Assembly (NCBI GenBank): GCA_035312365.1
Contig: DATGCB010000401.1
Span: forward strand, 1 to 44,416
Reading direction: 5' to 3'
Source: Eudoraea sp.
GTDB lineage: Bacteria; Bacteroidota; Bacteroidia; Flavobacteriales; Flavobacteriaceae
Length of the DNA stretch: 44,416 nucleotides
Below, piece after piece: positions 11,459 to 19,205 of the stretch (the first letter of the stretch is position 1; the number at the start of each line of letters is the position of its first letter). Position numbers and translations under genes: made by a program. The notes beneath the pieces are model-generated. The model did no database searches. It worked only from the letters and a program-made list of their open reading frames with translations, and was not told the DNA's origin.

Positions 11459-12148
11459 CTATAGGATGTAGAAGATGATCCCGATGCGAAGTGGGGTAAA
11501 GGCGACTGCGTCCCCGTCAGGGGTAGTGGTCCCTTTTTCAAACAGGTCATTCAATGCGTAGTAGGCATGGATATTAAACGTATTATATCCAAAGTTGAAT
11601 GTGATACCGTAGTGGAAATTTTGTGTATCTGTGTTATAAAAAGAAATCTTTTCCGTCGCTGAAACATATTTGGACCTGCTTCCAACCACATATCCCAGTT
11701 TGATACCGGTATACAACCTCCAGAACTTGTAATTGGCGGCGGTGGAATTTCGCCATCGGAACTCAATGGGCATTTCAATGAGATGTGTTTCAATCTTATT
11801 CCTCTTGTAAGATACATCACCCCCTATTCTGGAATAATCAAAGCCACTGGCTGTCTCGGTAGCCAACAGGTTGGTATAATAGGAATACACGGCATACCCC
11901 AGTCCTATACCAAAAGCTACATTTCTCCTGCTATTCACCGGGATATCCTTAATTATACCGCCCTGCAATCCATAGGACAAGTTCCGTTGCGATATACCGT
12001 CTGGCTTGTTGAGCATAAAATTATAGGTAAGGCCCACATAAAACTGATCTTCGAGATACTTTGCATCCAGGTCTTCAGCCACTTCCTCAGATTGAGCGAA
12101 GTTTATTAAGGGCATCAAAAGCATCAGAATTACGGGAAATCGCATCAT
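11459..12148 (-). CDS. PorT-like outer-membrane beta-barrel protein
   Basis: Signal peptide, KYLEDQFY, EMPIEFRWR, amphipathic beta strands, C-terminal IGIIFYIL. Confidence 0.7.
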   Translation of the reverse strand: MMRFPVILMLLMPLINFAQSEEVAEDLDAKYLEDQFYVGLTYNFMLNKPDGISQRNLSYGLQGGIIKDIPVNSRRNVAFGIGLGYAVYSYYTNLLATETASGFDYSRIGGDVSYKRNKIETHLIEMPIEFRWRNSTAANYKFWRLYTGIKLGYVVGSRSKYVSATEKISFYNTDTQNFHYGITFNFGYNTFNIHAYYALNDLFEKGTTTPDGDAVAFTPLRIGIIFYIL

Positions 12149-12188
12149 ATAGGATTAAAGGTAAAAATAATTACTAGCACACTTCTAT

Positions 12189-12223
12189 AAAAAAACGCTT
12201 CAAATAATATTTGAAGCGTTTTT
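12189..12223 (-). terminator. Intrinsic terminator of the exbBD operon
   Basis: AAAAACGCTTCAAATA-A-TATTTGAAGCGTTTTT inverted repeat with A/T runs on both sides. Confidence 0.85.
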
Positions 12224-12250
12224 CTTACTTGAATTTAAGCTTGAAATGGT

Positions 12251-12733
12251 CTACTGTAAATTTCTGAAGGCATCCCCTTCATAGGTAGTATAGTTTACCT
12301 TGAGGGCATTTACCTTGCGCAGTTCTAGTTTGATATCCGATAATAAGCCCATGTTTGCATCTTTGTCGACCTTCAATGCAGTAGTGAGCACATTTTGCAA
12401 TTCCTGTGGCTTTTTTGCCCTTTCCTGCAGGATAAAATCCCCCACTTCGGTTACATTGGCAAATTTATCATTCAACTGTATTTTCGGTTCGGTACCAAAC
12501 ACTTTTTGATATTCCCTGGTTGGCTTTCCAACATAGATATACAATACCCTGTCCTTCTTTTCGAGTTTCTTGACCTCGGACGCATTTGGCAGTGTATTCT
12601 CCACCATCAAAGAACTATCCTTCATTACGGTAACCGTCATAAAGAAAAACAAGAGCATAAATACAATATCCGGTAAAGACGCTGTATTTACGGCCGGTAA
12701 GGCGGCATCTTTTTTCTTATTAAATTTTGACAT
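12251..12733 (-). CDS. exbD: ExbD/TolR family biopolymer transport protein
   Basis: TASLPDIVFMLLFFFM TM motif with conserved Asp. Confidence 0.9.
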   Translation of the reverse strand: MSKFNKKKDAALPAVNTASLPDIVFMLLFFFMTVTVMKDSSLMVENTLPNASEVKKLEKKDRVLYIYVGKPTREYQKVFGTEPKIQLNDKFANVTEVGDFILQERAKKPQELQNVLTTALKVDKDANMGLLSDIKLELRKVNALKVNYTTYEGDAFRNLQ

Positions 12734-12754
12734 ATTCTTTCATTTAACTTCTTG

Positions 12755-13378
12755 TTAATTACTGGTGGAGGTCTCTGCCTCTGATAACTTCTGAGGGAAA
12801 AGTTGCTGAATTCTCTGTACCTTTTCCTTGAGTTCATCCCTAATAGCGGAGGGAGTTTCAGGGTTCAAAAATTGAGCCTCCATATCGACAAAATTCCTGC
12901 CGTATAACCGCATTGATTCCCTGTTTCGAAGGTCGTTGTAAGCCCCCACCAACTCGTTCTGAACGGTTATATAGGTTGCATACTTCGTTTCCCGGTCATT
13001 TTTAAGGGAAATAATAGCTTTGTCGGGGTTGTCCGAAGATTCCGAATTTCTTTTCCCTTTGCAATAATTACAATAAAGGGGATCTCCTGAAGGGGCTCCG
13101 CCATTATCCAAAAAGGCAATTGCCTTCGCTCTAAGATCCTTAAGATTCGTCAATTCCTCTTCAACCAATAACTGACCATTCTTATTGATATTAACAGTAA
13201 AGATATTTTTCTGTTTAATAATCACATTATCCTCAGGCGGTTCCATTGGTGGCAACATCCTGTCCAAACCTGCATCCGTTTCAATAGTGGTTGTCACTAG
13301 GAAAAAGATGAGTAATAAGAATGCGATGTCCGCCATAGAACCGGCGTTAACCTCTGGTGGTGCTCCTCTTCTTGGCAT
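12755..13378 (-). CDS. exbD: ExbD/TolR family biopolymer transport protein
   Basis: AGSMADIAFLLLIFFLVTT TM motif. Confidence 0.9.
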   Translation of the reverse strand: MPRRGAPPEVNAGSMADIAFLLLIFFLVTTTIETDAGLDRMLPPMEPPEDNVIIKQKNIFTVNINKNGQLLVEEELTNLKDLRAKAIAFLDNGGAPSGDPLYCNYCKGKRNSESSDNPDKAIISLKNDRETKYATYITVQNELVGAYNDLRNRESMRLYGRNFVDMEAQFLNPETPSAIRDELKEKVQRIQQLFPQKLSEAETSTSN

Positions 13379-13389
13379 AATTTAATTTT

Positions 13390-13833
13390 TTATTTACTTG
13401 TCATTTTCTTAACTCCTCCCCACATCATTGCTCCTACCGCAATGAGTGTAAGGATAAAAAATACATTGAGTCCCATTCCAATTTTCTTAACGGTGCTCTC
13501 TGTGGTAGCTACTCCTCTGCTTGCCATTTCCTCAACCGTACCGTCAGCCCCGTCAGACAGCACGTAGGCTATCGCAACTACCAATAAAAAGCCAACAACT
13601 ACAAACAAGGTCTTCTTTAGGCTTGCGGGATTTGAAAACAAATTCTTAAGTGCAAAAAGAAGGCTGAAAAGAATGGCAATACCTAACAGCACATAAGTGA
13701 TGATGAACATAAAATTCAATGCTCCATTTCCAACGGCCTCTGATGCCGGAACTTCCCTGCCTGGAAGCTGAAACCACATTATGGCCCCTATAAGCCCCAA
13801 TACAACGAGTACTATTTTAACTATTTTGTGCAT
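13390..13833 (-). CDS. Four-TM membrane protein within the exbBD operon
   Basis: Four hydrophobic helices; tightly spaced between exbB and exbD. Confidence 0.85.
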   Translation of the reverse strand: MHKIVKIVLVVLGLIGAIMWFQLPGREVPASEAVGNGALNFMFIITYVLLGIAILFSLLFALKNLFSNPASLKKTLFVVVGFLLVVAIAYVLSDGADGTVEEMASRGVATTESTVKKIGMGLNVFFILTLIAVGAMMWGGVKKMTSK

Positions 13834-13858
13834 AATGCTTTTGTATTAAGTGTCCGAC

Positions 13859-14644
13859 TTACTTTTTGTGGTCTACCAACATATCGATCAAAGTGATCGA
13901 AGAATCTTCCATATCATTTACAATACTGTCTATTTTAGCAATGATGTAATTGTAGAAAATCTGAAGGATGATGGCTGTAATAAGACCAAATACGGTGGTT
14001 AATAATGCCACCTGAATATCCCCGGCGATCAGCGAAGCACTGAGGTTACCTACAGCGCTAATTTTCTGGAAGGCCTGAATCATCCCAATTACCGTTCCCA
14101 TGAAACCAAGCATTGGGGCTACCGCGATAAACAGGGATAACCATGATACATTTTTCTCCAGTTGACCCATTTGTACTCCGCCGTAAGCAACCACGGCTTT
14201 TTCAGCGGATTCAACACTCTCACCTGCCCTATCAAGACCCTGATAGTAAATGGAGGCAACCGGACCTTTTGTATTTCTGCAAACTTCCTTTGCAGCTTCC
14301 ACTCCTCCTGAAGCCAAAGCATCTTCAACCTGTTGTTTCAATTTTGTGGTGTTGGTACTTGCCATGTTCAAATAGATGATTCTTTCAATGGCCACCGCCA
14401 AACCAAGGATCAAACAAAGCAGAACGATCCCCATGAAACCTGCACCTCCCTGGATAAATTGCTCTTTTAGAACCTGTGTGAAACCCTTCTCTGTTTCCAC
14501 TGCAGCTTCATCCTGAAGCACCACCGCAGCAGTAGCCACCGTAGAAGATAGATTTGAAACTATAGCGTTCGCTTTTGCGCTTACCGTATTTGTACTTACT
14601 ACAAATAGCCCGGCCATTGCCAGGATCGAGAATAATTTTTTCAT
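13859..14644 (-). CDS. exbB: MotA/TolQ/ExbB proton channel protein
   Basis: APMLGFMGTVIGMI and ALLTTVFGL motifs; ATG at 14644 preferred over TTG 14653. Confidence 0.93.
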   Translation of the reverse strand: MKKLFSILAMAGLFVVSTNTVSAKANAIVSNLSSTVATAAVVLQDEAAVETEKGFTQVLKEQFIQGGAGFMGIVLLCLILGLAVAIERIIYLNMASTNTTKLKQQVEDALASGGVEAAKEVCRNTKGPVASIYYQGLDRAGESVESAEKAVVAYGGVQMGQLEKNVSWLSLFIAVAPMLGFMGTVIGMIQAFQKISAVGNLSASLIAGDIQVALLTTVFGLITAIILQIFYNYIIAKIDSIVNDMEDSSITLIDMLVDHKK

Positions 14645-15023
14645 TTCTTTCAAACTTAAATTTAGTTAGTTAATAGGGTTAAAGATAAAAAAAAAATACA
14701 ATTAAAAAATTAAATCTTTTGGGCAAAGCTCAAGGAATACGGATGTCGTCTGCCGATTTCCCATTTTGCTGCCATTAATTCCAAAAATGCCTGTTCATCC
14801 CTCCCGGCATTTTGATCCGGTGTAAAGAGGAAGATCAAAATGAGGCACCGTCACATCCAATTTAATCACACTTCTGTACCAGGCGCAATTGCACGGCCCG
14901 GATTCCCGGTCGCACCTGAACACAAGAATTGCAATCCCGGAAAGAGTTGTCCACTCACCATTACTTATTCAGCTGCCAACCCATCTCCATTTTAAAAAGC
15001 CCGTGTATTCTATAGGTAACCTG

Positions 15024-15174
15024 TTCTGCTGCGCAGAATTTCATTTGCTCCCTTTCAACCTCATCCCAACAAGGGATTCACGCCCCGCCATCCGGCGGTT
15101 CGTGCATCCCAAAAAGGAGATGCTGGAAATACATGCATGAACATTTCTGCTGCGCAGAATTTCATTTGCTCCCT
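15024..15174. repeat. 30-bp exact direct repeat (15024-15053 and 15145-15174)
   Basis: TTCTGCTGCGCAGAATTTCATTTGCTCCCT occurs twice; internal hairpin TTCTGC-TGC-GCAGAA. Confidence 0.9.
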
Positions 15175-15228
15175 CGTAAATTCTCTGAAGTAAACTTCGA
15201 AGAATTTACTCAGTCACAAATGTATTCG

Positions 15229-15316
15229 CAGAGAGGAAGGGATTCGAACCCTCGATACACTTTTGGTGTATACACACTTTCCAGGCGTGCGCCTTCGACC
15301 ACTCGGCCACCTCTCT
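15229..15316 (-). tRNA. tRNA-Ser (GGA), long variable arm, CCA not encoded
   Basis: Minus strand AGAGAGGTGGCCGAGTGGTCGAAGGCGCACGCCT-GGA-AAGTGTGTATACACCAAAAGTGTATCGAGGGTTCGAATCCCTTCCTCTCTG; acceptor stem, T-loop and G discriminator present. Confidence 0.97.
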
Positions 15317-15399
15317 AATGACTCTCCCAATAGCTATCCGGACAGGGGCGAGCAATAAACAAAAAAAAACTTAGTTCCCGAAATTTTGAAACGTTAATT

Positions 15400-16437
15400 T
15401 TAGCTCATCTCACCCCGTAAGGATGTTTCAAAAATAGATTTAAAAGACTTGTGAGAAACCTGGCTTCCGAGCAGGTACATAAGTTTGGTGATGGCTGCTT
15501 CCGCCGTAATATCCCTGCCATCGATCATATGCATTCTTTGGAGGGCTTCACTTGTCTCATATTGCCCCATAAGGACACTGCCCCCAGGGCATTGTGTAAC
15601 ATTTACCACATGGATTCCCATTTTGATGGCGTTTTCAAGATCGGTCAATAGCCAATCCTGCGTTGGCGCATTGCCGGCACCATAAGTTTCCAGTACCACT
15701 GCCTGAAGGCCAGGACATGCAAGTACACTTTTCACCACAGAGCGGTTGAGTCCCGGGAACAATTTCAGAATAGCTACCCGGTCGTCCATAGGCGTATGAA
15801 CATTCAGGGACTTCCTGCCCTGACGCCTTAGGAGATATTCATGATGGACCTTTAAATGAACCCCCGATTCCGCAATGGCCGGATAATTTAAGGAGGCAAA
15901 TGCCTGAAAATGTTCAGCATTTAACTTGGTCGTTCTGTTGGCACGATAGAGCTTGTATTCAAAATACAATCCTACCTCCCGAATTACCGGTTTGCCTCCT
16001 TCCTGAAGGGCAGCAATCTGAATGGAGGTAATCAGATTTTCCTTGGCATCTGTCCGGAGATCACCAATTGGCAATTGCGAACCGGTAAATATGACCGGTT
16101 TGTCCAGATTTTCAAGCATATAGCTTATAGCCGAAGAGGTATAACTCATGGTATCGCTCCCGTGAAGCACAACAAATCCGTCATATCGGGCATATTCCTT
16201 CTCAATTATGCCCGCGATATTTACCCAGTGGGCAATATTCATATTGGAAGAATCTATCGGCTTTTTAAAGGAAATACTGTTGATCCTGCACCCCAGCTGG
16301 TTCAGTTCCGGGATGTTCTTTACCAGTTTTTTAAAATCGAAGGCCTTCAGGACCCCGGTCGAATAATCCTTGACCATTCCAATGGTCCCTCCGGTATATA
16401 TCAGAAGTATGTTGGTCTCTTTTTTCAATATTGTCAC
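15400..16437 (-). CDS. ansA: Type I (cytoplasmic) L-asparaginase
   Basis: IYTGGTIGM, DSSNM, HGSDTM, TGSQLP, ETYGAGN motifs. Confidence 0.93.
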   Translation of the reverse strand: MTILKKETNILLIYTGGTIGMVKDYSTGVLKAFDFKKLVKNIPELNQLGCRINSISFKKPIDSSNMNIAHWVNIAGIIEKEYARYDGFVVLHGSDTMSYTSSAISYMLENLDKPVIFTGSQLPIGDLRTDAKENLITSIQIAALQEGGKPVIREVGLYFEYKLYRANRTTKLNAEHFQAFASLNYPAIAESGVHLKVHHEYLLRRQGRKSLNVHTPMDDRVAILKLFPGLNRSVVKSVLACPGLQAVVLETYGAGNAPTQDWLLTDLENAIKMGIHVVNVTQCPGGSVLMGQYETSEALQRMHMIDGRDITAEAAITKLMYLLGSQVSHKSFKSIFETSLRGEMS

Positions 16438-16507
16438 AATTTAACTGCCTTATTTTATACGGCCGATTTTTATGGTATCCACGGTCCGGATCCTATTCAA
16501 ATGCACA

Positions 16508-17275
16508 TCAAACCCCAAAAACTGCCCTGGAGTTCTCCGTGGTAATCGTGGCAATCTCTTCCCCGGAACGACCGTAAATCCCGGTCAGTTTTTCAAGTAC
16601 ATATTTTAAATAGCCGCTCTCATTTCGCTTTCCCCTGAACGGAACCGGAGCTAAATACGGGGCATCCGTTTCCAATACGATATGATCCAAACCTATCTGT
16701 TCCAAAAAAGTATCAATCCTGCCATTCTTGAAAGTCACAACACCTCCTATTCCTAATTTCATGTTATAGCCAATGGCTTTTTTGGCCTGCTCATAAGTGC
16801 CGGTAAAGCAGTGAAAAATCCCGAAGAGATCGTCGCCTTTCTCTTCTTCCAGTACCTCAAAAATTTCGTCAAATGATTCCCTGCAGTGAATGACAATGGG
16901 TAATCCATGTTTTTTTGCCAGTCCAATCTGATGCTTAAAAGCCTGTCGTTGTTGCTTAAAAAATGTTTTATCCCAATAAAGGTCAATCCCAATTTCACCA
17001 ACAGCATAGAATTTGCGCAGGGATAACTGGGTCTCAACATGGGCCAGTTCTGCCTGATAATCTTCTTTTACGCTTGTCGGATGCAACCCCATCATCAAAA
17101 ATATATGTCCCCTGAATAATCGCTCCAATTCCAGCATCGCCTTTGTATGAGAAGCATCGATCGCCGGTATAAAAAAACGGGTAATTCCCAGTGCCATTGC
17201 ATTTTCAACCACAGCCTTCCTGTCAGCATCAAAGGCCTCACTATACAGATGGGTATGCGTATCTGTTAAAATCAT
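16508..17275 (-). CDS. tatD: TatD family hydrolase/DNase
   Basis: DTHTH, GLHP, GEIGID, IHCR, HCF, LETDAPYL motifs. Confidence 0.95.
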   Translation of the reverse strand: MILTDTHTHLYSEAFDADRKAVVENAMALGITRFFIPAIDASHTKAMLELERLFRGHIFLMMGLHPTSVKEDYQAELAHVETQLSLRKFYAVGEIGIDLYWDKTFFKQQRQAFKHQIGLAKKHGLPIVIHCRESFDEIFEVLEEEKGDDLFGIFHCFTGTYEQAKKAIGYNMKLGIGGVVTFKNGRIDTFLEQIGLDHIVLETDAPYLAPVPFRGKRNESGYLKYVLEKLTGIYGRSGEEIATITTENSRAVFGV

Positions 17276-17279
17276 GCAA

Positions 17280-17299
17280 CAAAAATAGAACTATCTTTG
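17280..17299. promoter_or_regulatory. Back-to-back -7 promoter boxes for tatD (-) and the aspartyl protease (+)
   Basis: TATTTTTG on - at 17280-17287 and TATCTTTG on + at 17292-17299, in a 37-bp intergenic gap. Confidence 0.65.
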
Positions 17300-17312
17300 T
17301 CAAAAAGACGGC

Positions 17313-17759
17313 ATGCGCAAGCTTAAAACCTTCTTACAAAAAAAAAACTATATCAAAATACCACTGGTCCTTACGGAAACCAATCATTTTGAGGTGACCG
17401 CGAAAATCAATGGCATTGCGGGAAGGTTTATTCTAGACACGGGAGCATCCAATACCTGCGTGGGCTTCGATAAGATTGATTATTTCAATCTCAACTCCAA
17501 AGAATCCAAAATTAAGGCTGCAGGGGCAGGGGCAACGGATATGGAAACCTTAATGTCCACCAAAAACAGACTTGAAATTGGCGATTGGACAAAATCGAAA
17601 TTAAAAATTGTACTATTTGATCTGGGCCATGTGAATGAGGCGCTTACGGCTCATAAGGCATTGCCAGTGGACGGTATCATCGGGGCAGATGTACTGATTA
17701 AGTCCAGAGCCATCATTGATTATGATAGAGAGTGTGTGTATTTAAAGGTGAAGAAGTAG
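17313..17759 (+). CDS. Retropepsin-like (clan AA) aspartyl protease
   Basis: FILDTGAS catalytic motif and DGIIGADVL. Confidence 0.88.
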   Translation: MRKLKTFLQKKNYIKIPLVLTETNHFEVTAKINGIAGRFILDTGASNTCVGFDKIDYFNLNSKESKIKAAGAGATDMETLMSTKNRLEIGDWTKSKLKIVLFDLGHVNEALTAHKALPVDGIIGADVLIKSRAIIDYDRECVYLKVKK

Positions 17760-17860
17760 GATCACCAACCGGAGGGAATTGCCGGGCAGCCAGACCCTGG
17801 GTTAATATCCTCCCCGGCCGACTTATAAAAAGAACGTTGTACACTGAATTCTTAATTGCA

Positions 17861-19090
17861 CTACAATTCCAATGCCTTCATTTCATCCCCTTCCATCAGG
17901 TGCTCAACCGGGTTTTCGAGCGCTTCTTTGACCGCTACCAGAAAACCAACAGATTCTTTTCCGTCAATGATCCTGTGATCATATGACAGGGCAACATACA
18001 TAACAGGGGCTATAACAACCTGCCCATCCCTTGCAATTGGACGCTCCACAATATTGTGCATTCCGAGAATGGCGCTCTGCGGAGGATTGATGATTGGGGT
18101 TGACAGCATTGATCCAAATACCCCTCCATTGGTGATGGTAAAGGTACCCCCGGTCATTTCATCAACCGTGATCTCCCCTTCCCTTGCCCTGATCGCCAGT
18201 CGTTTTACTTCTGCTTCAACACCTCTGAACGTAAGATTTTCAGCGTTTCTGATCACCGGCACCATCAATCCCTTCGGTCCGGAGACTGCAATACTGATGT
18301 CGCAAAAATCGTAACTTATCATATCCTTTCCGTCAATCATGGAATTGACCGCAGGAAAAAGTTCAAGAGCCCGGACAACTGCTTTGGTAAAGAAGGACAT
18401 AAAACCAAGACTGACACCGTGTTTTTCATTAAAGGTCTCCTTGTGTTGTCTGCGCAATTCAAAAACGGGTGACATGTCTACCTCGTTAAACGTGGTGAGC
18501 ATTGCCGTTTCATTTTTAGCGGAGACCAAACGCTCTGCAACTTTTCTCCTTAACATGGACAACTTGGTGCGCGTCTCCCCGCGGTTACCCCCCGTAGGGC
18601 TTCCCATAGAGGGAACAGCATTTAGGGCATCTTCCTTGGTGATCCTGCCGTCCTTCCCTGTACCTGAAATCGTCACTGTATCAATCCCTTTCTCATCCAA
18701 TATTTTACTTGCCGCCGGGGAAGCAACACCTGAAGCGTATGTAGCTTTGGCCGGCGCCTGCTGCGGAGCTTTCTCCGGCTGTTTTCGCGATTCCTGTTCC
18801 TCCACGGAGCCGGGAGCTGTTGCCACCGGTTTAGGGTCTCCTTCAGGTTTTTTAGCGCTGGTATCAATGAGGCACACCACTTCCCCGACGGCAACCGCAT
18901 CGCCCTCTTTGGCTTTTAAGGTAATGGTCCCGCTATCCTCCGCCGGCAATTCCAGGGTAGCCTTATCAGAATCCACCTCTGCAATGGCCTGGTCCTTTTC
19001 TACATAATCCCCATCACTCACCAGCCATTCCGCAATCTCTACCTCGGTTATGGACTCCCCGGGGGAGGGAACTTTCATTTCTAAAATCAT
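17861..19090 (-). CDS. sucB: 2-oxoglutarate dehydrogenase E2, dihydrolipoamide succinyltransferase
   Basis: Lipoyl domain [18 protein letters not shown]3-binding domain, YDHRIIDG. Confidence 0.97.
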   Translation of the reverse strand: MILEMKVPSPGESITEVEIAEWLVSDGDYVEKDQAIAEVDSDKATLELPAEDSGTITLKAKEGDAVAVGEVVCLIDTSAKKPEGDPKPVATAPGSVEEQESRKQPEKAPQQAPAKATYASGVASPAASKILDEKGIDTVTISGTGKDGRITKEDALNAVPSMGSPTGGNRGETRTKLSMLRRKVAERLVSAKNETAMLTTFNEVDMSPVFELRRQHKETFNEKHGVSLGFMSFFTKAVVRALELFPAVNSMIDGKDMISYDFCDISIAVSGPKGLMVPVIRNAENLTFRGVEAEVKRLAIRAREGEITVDEMTGGTFTITNGGVFGSMLSTPIINPPQSAILGMHNIVERPIARDGQVVIAPVMYVALSYDHRIIDGKESVGFLVAVKEALENPVEHLMEGDEMKALEL

Positions 19091-19205
19091 GTGCTCTTAT
19101 TTAATTCTGTTATCATCGGTTTTTGATTTTATGCAATCTCACAGCAATGCATCAATACATAAAAAACTGTCCTTTATTTTATCCGGAAGCAATTTTCCGA
19201 TTGCA

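Noticed and set aside
15024-15174. 30-bp repeat as a mini-CRISPR or att site
   Set aside because: Only two copies with a 91-bp spacer, no cas or integrase gene, and no identity to the tRNA 3' end
14889-15318. ORFs 14889-15140 and 15133-15318 sharing FCCAEFHLLP
   Set aside because: The shared peptide is just the translation of the 30-bp DNA repeat, and the second ORF runs antisense through the tRNA
15326-15342. CCCAATAGCTATCCGGA and similar short GC-clamped palindromes near 30048, 32848 and 35536 as a REP family
   Set aside because: Too degenerate and dissimilar to support a family from this window alone; needs a genome-wide count
17313-17759. Retropepsin-like protease as evidence of a retroelement
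   Set aside because: No reverse transcriptase, integrase or terminal repeats; such proteases are ordinary bacterial genes
17732-17986. ORF containing GSPTGGN, also found in SucB
   Set aside because: The underlying codons differ and the ORF overlaps two real genes; coincidence
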